A DNA stretch of 64,000 bases from an uncultured Gemmatimonadales bacterium (lineage in GTDB: Bacteria; Gemmatimonadota; Gemmatimonadetes; Longimicrobiales; RSA9). Position 1 is the first letter of the stretch. The number at the start of each line of letters is the position of its first letter. Both the position numbers and the translations under genes were made by a program. Shown here in pieces: positions 37,710-46,441 of this stretch. The notes under the pieces are model-generated. The model saw nothing but the letters and a program-made list of their open reading frames with translations, did not search any database and was not told where the DNA came from. Location of the stretch: positions 64,001 to 128,000 of the forward strand of contig CAWCUS010000001.1 in the NCBI GenBank assembly GCA_963798845.1, given 5' to 3'.

Positions 37710-40200
37710 CCGTCTCCTCCCTCCGTACCTCGTAGAACCGCTCCAGCTCCTCGCGGAGCTCCGCCCACGTCCCCGTGCGCACTGGCGCCGGCGGGAGCGT
37801 GTCGAGAAAGTACCGACCGTACGACTTCTCCAGCACGCGGCCATCGAGCAGCACCACCGCGCCCCGGTCCGTCGTGGAGCGGATGAGCCGGCCGAAGCCC
37901 TGCTTCAGGCGCAGCGCGGCCTGCGGGAGCATGTAGTCGAAGAACCCGCTCCCGCCCACCTGCTCGATCGCCTCCATCCTGGCCGCCGTCAGCGGCTCGG
38001 TGGGCACCCGGAACGGGAGCTTCGCGATGACCATCCCGCGCAGCGGGTCGCCCGGCACGTCCACGCCTTCCCAGAACGACGCCACCCCCAGCAGGATCCC
38101 GCGGCCGCTCTCCGTGAACCGGCGCACCAGCTGCGCGCGTGGTGCCTCCGCCTGCACGAACAGCGGCCAGCGCCCGTCCACCCCTCGCTCCCGCAGCACG
38201 CCCGCCACGTGGCGGAGGGAGCGATAGCTTGTGAAAAGAGCGAAGATGCCTCCGTCGCTGAGCCCGGCCAGCTCCGCCACGACGGCGGCCGTGACGTCAT
38301 CGTGCTCCCGGCCCGGACGGGGCACATCGGTCGGGATCGCCACGAGCGTCTGGGTGTCGAAGTCGAACGGGCTCGGGTAGCTCGCGTTCCGAACCCGCAC
38401 CGCCCGGTCCAGGCCCAGTCGGCCGGTGACGAAGCCGAAGCCCGCGCGCGTGCTCAGGGTCGCCGACGTCAGAACCACCGTGTCGGCCGGCTCCCAGAGC
38501 GCCTCGCGGAGGAGGTCCCCCAGCTCGATCGGCGCTGCGCACACCGCCACGTTCCCCTGACCGTTCACACCCCGCCGCTCCAGCCACCGGACCATGGCCA
38601 CGGCCTCCTCCCCGGGCACCAGCGCCAGACGCAGCCCGTCCGCCTGCGCGCGCACTCGCCCCGCCAGCGCGCTCAGCTCCACCAGCTGCTCCTCCAGCTT
38701 CTCGGTCGCGCTCCGGTCGACCAGCACCGCTTCCCGGATCCCGTCCAGCGCCCGCGCCACACGGTCCAGCACCTTCAGCAGGTCTTCCAGCGCTCCCGAG
38801 ACCACGCCCGACCAGCCGTCGTCCCGCTCGAAACCCTCGCCAAGCCGCAGCACCCCATCCGATGACGGCGCCACCACCGACCCGAGTCGCGCGAACAGCT
38901 CCGCCGCGCGCTGCTTCGCGTTCGCGACGTCAGGACGGATTCCGCGCTCGATCCGCGACAGGCACTCCGTCCGGACCCGCCCCTCCGCCACCAGCTTGAG
39001 CCGCTCCTCGACCCCCCGGATCACGCCCTTGCCACGCCGGTCGATCCGGTTCAGCAGACGGAACAGCCCACGCTGCGACACTGCCACGCCCAGGTGGCTC
39101 GTCGCCGCGTCCTCGATGTTGTGCGCCTCGTCCAGGACGACCCGGCGGTACGGCGGGAGCACCGCGGGCGCCGTGTAGTTCCCCTGGATCCGGCGCACGG
39201 CCAGGTCGCTGAACAGGAGGTGGTGGTTCACCACCAGCACGTCCGCCCCCGCCGCGCCGCGCCTCGCCTTCTGGTAGAAGCAGTCCTCGAAGTGCGGACA
39301 CTTCGCCCGCATGCACACGTCACCATCGCTCTGAACCTCGTCCCACACTTCCGGCGACGGCTCGAACGGCAGGTCCTGCAGCGACCCATCGCTCGTCCGC
39401 TCCAGCCACGCCTCGAGCGCTTCCAGTTCCCTCGCCTGCGCTCCCTCCAGCAGCATGCCTGCCGTCTCTACCGCCAGCCTCGCCCGCCGAATCGAGATGT
39501 AGTTCCCCCGCCCCTTCACCAGCGCGTAGCGGAACGGCACGTCCAGCGCCTTCCGCAGAAACGGCAGGTCCTTCGCCACGAGTTGCTCCTGGAGGTTGAT
39601 CGTGTTCGTGCTCACGACCGTCCGCTCCCGATTCGCGATCGCCCACTTCACCGCCGGGATCAGGTACGCAATGCTCTTCCCCGTGCCCGTCCCCGCCTCC
39701 GCCACCAGCACGCCGCCGGCGTTGTACGCTTCCGCCACCGCAACCGACAGATCCCGCTGCGTCGGGCGATCCTCGTACCCGGCATGCTGCCGCGACACCG
39801 GCCCTCCCGGAGCCAGCGCCGCCGATACCTCCTCCGCCTCCAGCAGCTCCAGCTCACGCTCTCGCGGCGGCTCCGCTACCACGTACAGCTCCAGCGCCTC
39901 GTTGTCGCAGATCGCCAGCCCCAGACCCCGGGCGTAAAGCTCCGCCGCCACCTCCAGGTCCGCCTCGCTCGGGTCCAGCTCGCCCGTCGGATGATTGTGG
40001 ATCACCAGGCTGCCGCGCTCCGCATCCGCTACAGCCGCCAGGACCGCGCTCCGATGACCGCGCGCCACCGCCCGGGGCCGCTTCACGGCACCGTTCTCCC
40101 CGACCACCGCCACGAAGCACACCTCGTTGCCCCGCGCCTTTTCGATCTCGTGGCGCAGGGCTCCGGCGGCGGCCTTGGTCAGGTGCAGGACACGTGGCAT
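37651..40200 (-). CDS. DinG/YoaA-family helicase with N-terminal JAB/MPN (RadC-like) domain
   Basis: EAGTGTGKS, DEAH, TSATL, SPF, SFWEGVD, KLPF, QGFGRLIR; N-terminal HNHPTGELDPSEAD. Confidence 0.9.
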   Translation of the reverse strand: MPRVLHLTKAAAGALRHEIEKARGNEVCFVAVVGENGAVKRPRAVARGHRSAVLAAVADAERGSLVIHNHPTGELDPSEADLEVAAELYARGLGLAICDNEALELYVVAEPPRERELELLEAEEVSAALAPGGPVSRQHAGYEDRPTQRDLSVAVAEAYNAGGVLVAEAGTGTGKSIAYLIPAVKWAIANRERTVVSTNTINLQEQLVAKDLPFLRKALDVPFRYALVKGRGNYISIRRARLAVETAGMLLEGAQARELEALEAWLERTSDGSLQDLPFEPSPEVWDEVQSDGDVCMRAKCPHFEDCFYQKARRGAAGADVLVVNHHLLFSDLAVRRIQGNYTAPAVLPPYRRVVLDEAHNIEDAATSHLGVAVSQRGLFRLLNRIDRRGKGVIRGVEERLKLVAEGRVRTECLSRIERGIRPDVANAKQRAAELFARLGSVVAPSSDGVLRLGEGFERDDGWSGVVSGALEDLLKVLDRVARALDGIREAVLVDRSATEKLEEQLVELSALAGRVRAQADGLRLALVPGEEAVAMVRWLERRGVNGQGNVAVCAAPIELGDLLREALWEPADTVVLTSATLSTRAGFGFVTGRLGLDRAVRVRNASYPSPFDFDTQTLVAIPTDVPRPGREHDDVTAAVVAELAGLSDGGIFALFTSYRSLRHVAGVLRERGVDGRWPLFVQAEAPRAQLVRRFTESGRGILLGVASFWEGVDVPGDPLRGMVIAKLPFRVPTEPLTAARMEAIEQVGGSGFFDYMLPQAALRLKQGFGRLIRSTTDRGAVVLLDGRVLEKSYGRYFLDTLPPAPVRTGTWAELREELERFYEVRREETDAGRIAASEQDRVRRAQLR

Positions 40201-40407
40201 GGAACCCGGGGGGCGAAGGGAAACCGAAGAGAGTCTAACGCTTTCCCCGGTGGAACGGGAGAGCGTCTCCCTCCCGGCCACGGCGCCCCCCGTCACCGCG
40301 GCCACGCTTCTGTTGGCCGTGAGAGGCGGCAATGCTATCGTGAAGAACATCACGATCCCCGCGCTCACCGAGCGCTTTTCCCACCGCTGACGGAGTGACC
40401 GGACCAG

Positions 40408-41712
40408 ATGATCCGCACACACCGGCTCGCGCTCATGGCGACGCTCGTCGCAGCCACGCTCCCCCGCCCCGCGGCCGCGCAGGCGCCGGTGCAGCAGGTG
40501 GACCGGCTGATCGAGCGGAACGCGGACGGGATCACGGCGATACGGCACCGGATCCACGAGCACCCCGAGCTCTCCAATCGGGAGACGGAGACGGCGGCCC
40601 TGGTCGCATCCGAGCTGCGGGCCTACGGCTTGGACGAGGTGCGCACCGGCGTGGCGCACACCGGCGTCGTGGGCGTGCTGCGGGGCGGCAAGCCGGGGCC
40701 GGTGGTGGCGTTGCGGGCCGACATGGACGCGCTCCCCGTGACCGAAGCGAATGACCTTCCGTACGCCTCGAAAGCGCGCGCCACGTTCGGCGGCCAGGAA
40801 GTGGGCGTGATGCACGCCTGCGGTCACGACATCCACACCTCTGTGGGGCTGGGGACGGCCAAGGTGCTGTCCGCCATGAAAGCGGACCTCCCCGGCACCG
40901 TGATCTTCGTCTTCCAGCCTGCCGAGGAGGGGGCGCCCGAAGGCGAGGAGGGCGGCGCGCCGCTGATGCTGAAGGAGAGGCTGTTCGGCGACATGCAGCC
41001 GGAGGCAATGTTCGCGCTGCACAGCACGCCCGCCCTGGCGGTGGGAGAACTCGGCTACACTTCGGGGCCGGCCATGGCGGCGGCGGACACGTGGCGAGCC
41101 GTCATCCACGGCAAGCAGGCGCACGGCGCGCGCCCGTCGGAGTCCATCGACCCGATCGTCATGGCCTCGCAGGTGGTGCTCGCGCTGCAGACGATCCGCT
41201 CTCGCAACATGCCCTCGATCGCGCCCGGCGTGGTCACCGTGGGGATCCTGCGAGGGGGAGAGCGCCACAACATCATCCCCGCCGCCGTGCGCCTCGAGGG
41301 AACGGTGCGAACCTTCGACGGCGATGTCCAGGACATGGTGGAGCGCCGGATGCGCGAGATCTTCGACGGCATCACCCACGCAGGCGGTGGCAGCTATGAG
41401 ATGACGTACGACCGCGGGGTCCCCGTGATGGTGAACGACGCGGAGCTGACAGGCCGCTCGGCCGAGACTCTGGCCCGGCTCGTCGGCGGCGCCCACGTCC
41501 ACCAGCTCCCGCCCAGCACGGCCGCCGAGGATTTCGCCTACTTCGCCCGGGAGACGCCTTCCTTCTATTTCAGCCTCGGCACCACGCGGCCGGGCACCAC
41601 GTCCGGCGGGCTCCACACGCCGGACTTTCTGGGAGATGACGCCGCGATCCCCGTGGGCATCCGCGCCATGGCCGCCCTGGTCCTCGACTACGCACGGAGC
41701 CATACGCGGTGA
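40408..41712 (+). CDS. M20D-family amidohydrolase, exported
   Basis: H.HPELS..E, RADMDAL, MHACGHD, FQPAEEG, AHGA, AEDF, LH.P; signal peptide ending AAA-Q. Confidence 0.92.
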   Translation: MIRTHRLALMATLVAATLPRPAAAQAPVQQVDRLIERNADGITAIRHRIHEHPELSNRETETAALVASELRAYGLDEVRTGVAHTGVVGVLRGGKPGPVVALRADMDALPVTEANDLPYASKARATFGGQEVGVMHACGHDIHTSVGLGTAKVLSAMKADLPGTVIFVFQPAEEGAPEGEEGGAPLMLKERLFGDMQPEAMFALHSTPALAVGELGYTSGPAMAAADTWRAVIHGKQAHGARPSESIDPIVMASQVVLALQTIRSRNMPSIAPGVVTVGILRGGERHNIIPAAVRLEGTVRTFDGDVQDMVERRMREIFDGITHAGGGSYEMTYDRGVPVMVNDAELTGRSAETLARLVGGAHVHQLPPSTAAEDFAYFARETPSFYFSLGTTRPGTTSGGLHTPDFLGDDAAIPVGIRAMAALVLDYARSHTR

Positions 41713-42689
41713 AGTACTTCGTCACCGGCGCCACCGGGTTCATAGGCCACCGCGTCGTCCGGCAGCTGCGGGCGGCCGGCCACGAGGTCGTGGCGCTCGT
41801 GCGGAACCCGGACCGGGCCGGTGACCTCCGCGAGCTGGGCGTCGCCCTCGTCCCCGGCGACGTCACCGAGCCCGCCACGCTCTCCGGCCCGATGGCCGGC
41901 GCGGACGGCGTATTCCACCTCGCGGGCTGGTACGTGGTGGGCGCTCGAGACCGCAGCATGGCCCACCGGATCAACGTCGAGGGCACGCGCAACGTGTTGC
42001 AGGCCGCCCTCGCCGCCGACGTGCGCAGGACCGTGTACACGAGCACCATCGCCGTTTTCGGCGACACCGGCGGCAGGATCGTGGACGAGGACTACCGAGC
42101 CGAAGGGCCGTGGCTGAGCGAGTACGACCGCACCAAGTGGATCGCGCACTACGACGTCGCGCTTCCCCTCGCCCGGGCGGGCATGCCGCTCGTCATCGTC
42201 CAGCCAGGCATCGTGTACGGGCCGGGGGACCACAGCCAGGTGGGCGTCGTCCTGCGCGACTACCTCCGCCGACGGCTCCCGGTGGTCCCGACCCAGGGCG
42301 GCTGCTGGAGCTACGTCGGGGACTCCGCGGCCGGGCACGTCCTTGCCATGGAGCGCGGCCGCCCGGGGCACACCTATGTCCTGGGGGGACCGTGCATGAT
42401 GTGGAAGCAGGTGCTCGAGCTCGCGGAGGAGATCACGGGCATCCCGTCCCCGCGCTTCGTCCTCCCTCCCTGGGCCGCCCGCGCCGCCTCACACCTCATG
42501 AAGCCGGTCGCCGCCGTGGTCCCGCTCCCGGAGACGTACCACCCTGAGACCCTGCGCGTGGCCGCCGGGACGACCTATTTCGCCGACGACGCCCGCGCGC
42601 GCGGCGAGCTCGGCTGGGCTCCCCGCCCCCTGCTCGACGGGCTTCGCCTCACCCTCGAAGCGGAGCAGGCCCGCATCGCCGCTGCATGA
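41709..42689 (+). CDS. NAD-dependent epimerase/dehydratase (extended SDR, DFR-like)
   Basis: VTGATGFIG, HLAG, YDRTK, PGIVYGPGD; GTGA coupling. Confidence 0.9.
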   Translation: MKYFVTGATGFIGHRVVRQLRAAGHEVVALVRNPDRAGDLRELGVALVPGDVTEPATLSGPMAGADGVFHLAGWYVVGARDRSMAHRINVEGTRNVLQAALAADVRRTVYTSTIAVFGDTGGRIVDEDYRAEGPWLSEYDRTKWIAHYDVALPLARAGMPLVIVQPGIVYGPGDHSQVGVVLRDYLRRRLPVVPTQGGCWSYVGDSAAGHVLAMERGRPGHTYVLGGPCMMWKQVLELAEEITGIPSPRFVLPPWAARAASHLMKPVAAVVPLPETYHPETLRVAAGTTYFADDARARGELGWAPRPLLDGLRLTLEAEQARIAAA

Positions 42690-42772
42690 TCCCACCCGCC
42701 GGGCACGTGCATTGCCCCTCGGCGTGGACGAACCGACCGCGGGCAATGCGCCCGCACAACCCGGGAAGCACC

Positions 42773-43285
42773 ATGCGTCCTGATCGATCCGTGCTCGCGG
42801 CGCTGCTGGCCGCCTCGAGCCTCTCCCTCGCCGCCTGCGCGACCCTGCGGGACTTCATCCAGCCGCCGACCTTCGAGGTCTCGGACCGTTCGCCGTCGCA
42901 GCTGCGCCTCGTCGCTCCCTCGCTCCAGCGACCGCTCGGCGGTGCGCAGCTGCGGGTGTGGGCCCGCGTGCGGAACCCGAACAGCGTCGGCCTCACCGTG
43001 ACGCGGCTCGCGGGGAATGTGCTCCTCGAGGGAACGCCGGCGGCCGACGTGGACCTGCCGCTCGGGCTCCCGCTTCTCGCTGCAGGCGACACGGTGATCC
43101 CGCTCGACGTGTCCATCGGCTTCGCCGATGTCCCGAACCTGGCGCGCCAGATCGCCGCCGCGGTTTCCGGCGAGGCCATCCCGTATGCGCTGCGCGGCAC
43201 CGTCACGGTGGACGCGGGGCCGCTGGGGCAGCCCAGCTTCGGCCCCAGCACCCTGCTCTCGGGTGAGGTGCACGTGGTTCGCTAG
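42773..43285 (+). CDS. LEA type 2 / WHy-domain lipoprotein
   Basis: Lipobox LAA-C; V.NPN motif; Y.L.GTV. Confidence 0.8.
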   Translation: MRPDRSVLAALLAASSLSLAACATLRDFIQPPTFEVSDRSPSQLRLVAPSLQRPLGGAQLRVWARVRNPNSVGLTVTRLAGNVLLEGTPAADVDLPLGLPLLAAGDTVIPLDVSIGFADVPNLARQIAAAVSGEAIPYALRGTVTVDAGPLGQPSFGPSTLLSGEVHVVR

Positions 43286-43293
43286 CGGCTCCG

Positions 43294-44550
43294 CTACTCC
43301 GTCTTGAGCGTTTTCTTCTTCGCGGCCGGGAAGAGGACGTTGTTCAGGATCAGGCGGTAGCCGGGCGAGTGGGGATGCAGGTCGAGGTTCGTGGGATCGT
43401 CGCCGATCTCGTGCTGCGGGTCCTCCGGGTCGTGCCCTCCGAGGAACGTCCACGTACCCTCGCCGAACGAGCCGTGGATGTACTTGACCCACGGCGTGCC
43501 CTCCTCCTCCGCGAGCACGATCACTCCGGGCTTGAGCCGATCGCGCCGGAACGACGTGGTCAGCCCGTAGAAGTCGGGGAGCACCGTCTCGTGGTCCTGC
43601 ACCAGCATCGACGCCACGGGATCGAACTTCGCGCTGAAGTCGAAGAGCGTGTACGTCCCGAGCGGCTGGCGCCACGCCGTGTTCACCTGGTGACCGTCGA
43701 TGTCGCTGAACGCGTTGATGGCCGGGTTGACCTGGATGTCCGCGTTCTGGAACGCCATCGTTCGGCCCCATTGCGCCTCTTCCGACGCCTGTGGATCCGG
43801 GGGCGTGCCGTCGCTGAACGACGCGGCGATGTCCACGCCCGGCGTCGCCAGGGCCAGCTCGAGCGTCTCCGTGGCCGTGCACATGGCGAACAGGAACCCC
43901 CCGTCCGCGACGTACGACCGGATGTCCTCGGCCACCGCCTTCTTCAGCGCGGGCACGTCGGCGAACCCGAACTCCTGCGCCACCTGCTCGTTCCGCTTCA
44001 CCTCGTCCTGAAGCCACGGGGTCCCGGCGAAGTTCAGGAAGAACTTCGAATACTGGCCGGTGAAGTCCTCGTGGTGGAGATGGAGCCAGTCGTAGTCCGA
44101 GAGTCGCCCTTGCAGGACCTCGGGGTCCCACACCTTGTCGTACGGGATCCCCGCGTACTCCAGTGCCAGGGTGACCGCGTCGTCCCATGGTGGTGTGTTC
44201 GGAGGCGTGTAGACGGCGATTTGAGGCGCTTTTTCCAGCGTGACCACGTCGGCGTTCGTCTGCTCGATCTCCGCCTTGAGCCCGGCCGCCTGGCCGCTCG
44301 TCACCGGCTCCACCGTCACCCCCCGCAGCGCGGCTTCCCGCCGCAGCGCGGGCGTGTCCGGGAGGAGGAAGGAGCCCGCGCGATAGTTCAGGAGCCACTC
44401 CGCCGTGCGTCCGCCTTCCAGCGTGTAGTACGTCAGGCCGTACGCCTTCAGGTGGTTCGTCTGGGCCGCGTCCATCGGCACCAGCAGGTACTGCCCCGAT
44501 GCCGGGGCGGCGCTCAGGGCCAGGATCAGCGTGGTCAGTACGGCTCTCAT
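43294..44550 (-). CDS. Exported GATase-1-like protein (family commonly labelled 'asparagine synthetase B')
   Basis: Signal peptide; NHLKAYG, WLLNYR.GSF, PWDDAV, DWLHLHHEDFTGQY, FAMC, GHDPED, SPGYRLILNN. Confidence 0.75.
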   Translation of the reverse strand: MRAVLTTLILALSAAPASGQYLLVPMDAAQTNHLKAYGLTYYTLEGGRTAEWLLNYRAGSFLLPDTPALRREAALRGVTVEPVTSGQAAGLKAEIEQTNADVVTLEKAPQIAVYTPPNTPPWDDAVTLALEYAGIPYDKVWDPEVLQGRLSDYDWLHLHHEDFTGQYSKFFLNFAGTPWLQDEVKRNEQVAQEFGFADVPALKKAVAEDIRSYVADGGFLFAMCTATETLELALATPGVDIAASFSDGTPPDPQASEEAQWGRTMAFQNADIQVNPAINAFSDIDGHQVNTAWRQPLGTYTLFDFSAKFDPVASMLVQDHETVLPDFYGLTTSFRRDRLKPGVIVLAEEEGTPWVKYIHGSFGEGTWTFLGGHDPEDPQHEIGDDPTNLDLHPHSPGYRLILNNVLFPAAKKKTLKTE

Positions 44551-44557
44551 GCGCTCC

Positions 44558-46441
44558 TCACTCCTTCCTGCTCCCCTGGGCGACACCCTGCCCGAGGCGC
44601 TCCAGCTCCCGCCTGGCCTGCGGGGCCAGCGCGCTCCGCGGGTACTCCAGGATCAATCGCTCCAGCAGCTCCCTCGCCTCCGCCAGCGCAGCCGGGTCCG
44701 GGCGCAGCGCACGTGCCAGCGCCAGCAGCGCCTTGGGGGCTTCCATGGAGCGCGGATACTTCGACACCAGCTCTCGTCGAATCCGACCGGCGTCGTCCGC
44801 CAGCCCGGCCGAGTCCGCCAGCGCGGCCGCGAAATCCAGCATGGCCGGTCGGTCCCCCTCATCGAGCGACGGATCCTCCGCGGTGAGCACGTCGACCGCG
44901 GTGCCCGGATCGCCGTCGTCGCGGTGGTCGAGCGCCTCCCCGATTCTCGCGCCGGCCGCGGGCGACAGGCGCGTGAGCAGCGTGGCCAGCGCCAGCACCT
45001 GCGTCGCCTCGCCCCCCCGCAGCCCGGCGACGGCATTCAGGAGCGCTGTCCGCGCCGCCTCCACCTCCCCGCCAGCCAGTGACATCCGAGCTCGGAGCAT
45101 CGACGTCCGGGGGCCGCGGACGCCGCCGATCACGGCAGCGGCCTCCGTCGCGCGGCCGGCCGCCAGCACCGCCGCGGCCACGGCCGCGGCCGCGCGGTCC
45201 AGCTCGGGAGCCGTCGGGAACTCCGATCGGAACGCCTGCAGCGCGGCGAGGGCGCCGTCCGGGTCATCGCGCGCCAGCAGCTCCACGTGCAGCGCTGCCG
45301 CCTCTCTCCGCTCCGGCGATCCGGCGTCCGACGATTCCCGCACGCTCTCGTACGTCTCGGCCGCCCGCGCGGTGTCTCCAACGGCGAGCGCCAGCTCGGC
45401 CACACGGGTCCTGAGCGCGAGCGTTCGCACGGCTGCCGCGTCGCCCGCCGCCCCCCTCCCGCGGCTTCCGACCGCTTCCTCCGTCTCCAGGAGCCTTCGA
45501 TAGGCCCAGTACGCCACATGGTCCCGGTGCGCGGAGTCCGCGCGCCGCGCGATCCCGGCCAGGAACACGCTGCGCGCTTCCAGCGACATGGGCTGAAGCA
45601 GCCCCTGCGCCACGCGCTCGGCGTCGTTTTCGAGCCCGGCATCCACCGCGAGCTGCACCGCCGCCACCCGCCGCGGCTGCGAGGCGGGCGGCGCCATCAG
45701 CCGTTCGACCAGCTCGCCCATGACGGCGGCACCGCCATCCGGCATCGCGCGCAGGCGACGACGAACCTGGCTCAGCCCGCCCCCGTCCGCTCCGATGGCC
45801 CGGTCCCACTCCGCCACCGCAAGCCGCGGCTCGTGGATCGCCACCAGCAGGTCGCCCATTTCCAGCGCCAGCGCGTCCGCCTGCTTCAGCTGCCGTCGAC
45901 CTTCCTCCAGCACCGCCCTCGCCCGGTCGAATTTCCCGCGCTCCATTTCCAGCCGCGCGATCTCCCGGTACGCCGTCTCAGTCGCGGGCGCCGCGTCCAT
46001 CCACGAACGCTCGGCAGACCGGAGCGCGTCCGTCCGGTCCAGAGCCGCGTACATCCGCACCCGCACCTGGTTCAGCAAGGCGGAGCCGGGGTCCGCGGCC
46101 ACCGCCGCATCCGCCCTTGGCACCAGTTCCCCCGTACGACCCTGAACCCGCAGCACCCTCTCGAGCGCGAGCAGCGCAGGGGCCGATGCCGCCCGGGCGT
46201 CCAGAATCCGGCTCAGCAGCGAGTCCGCCCGGGCGAGGTTCCCCTGCGCTTCGGCAACGGACGCGTCGCGCAGCAGCCGCACCTCGCCCTCGGCTGCCCC
46301 ACCCACCGCCGTGTCGGCTCCGCCGGGGGGCGGCTCACTCTGGGCCCGCCCCGCCGCGGGCGCCGCCAGGGAGGCGGCTAAGGCCAGCACGAAGAGCCGA
46401 GCGGTCCCTCGCCGGCCCCCGTCGGCCCGTCTCGCCCTCAC
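44558..46441 (-). CDS. TPR-repeat exported protein
   Basis: Signal peptide; helical repeats; C-terminal KYP.S..AP.AL and EYPRS..A..AR motifs. Confidence 0.75.
   Translation of the reverse strand: MRARRADGGRRGTARLFVLALAASLAAPAAGRAQSEPPPGGADTAVGGAAEGEVRLLRDASVAEAQGNLARADSLLSRILDARAASAPALLALERVLRVQGRTGELVPRADAAVAADPGSALLNQVRVRMYAALDRTDALRSAERSWMDAAPATETAYREIARLEMERGKFDRARAVLEEGRRQLKQADALALEMGDLLVAIHEPRLAVAEWDRAIGADGGGLSQVRRRLRAMPDGGAAVMGELVERLMAPPASQPRRVAAVQLAVDAGLENDAERVAQGLLQPMSLEARSVFLAGIARRADSAHRDHVAYWAYRRLLETEEAVGSRGRGAAGDAAAVRTLALRTRVAELALAVGDTARAAETYESVRESSDAGSPERREAAALHVELLARDDPDGALAALQAFRSEFPTAPELDRAAAAVAAAVLAAGRATEAAAVIGGVRGPRTSMLRARMSLAGGEVEAARTALLNAVAGLRGGEATQVLALATLLTRLSPAAGARIGEALDHRDDGDPGTAVDVLTAEDPSLDEGDRPAMLDFAAALADSAGLADDAGRIRRELVSKYPRSMEAPKALLALARALRPDPAALAEARELLERLILEYPRSALAPQARRELERLGQGVAQGSRKE

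Noticed and set aside
37651..40200. JAB-DinG as part of a CBASS/ubiquitin-like or type IV CRISPR defence system
   Set aside because: Neighbours are metabolic genes; no cyclase, E1/E2, Ubl, cas genes or array are present
40201..41703. 1350-aa version of the DinG ORF (apparent giant fusion)
   Set aside because: The extra 500 aa are antisense to the M20 amidohydrolase; recognisable domains start near 40200
43294..44550. Calling this gene asnB
   Set aside because: It has a signal peptide and lacks the Ntn N-terminal Cys and SGGLDS motif of asparagine synthetase B
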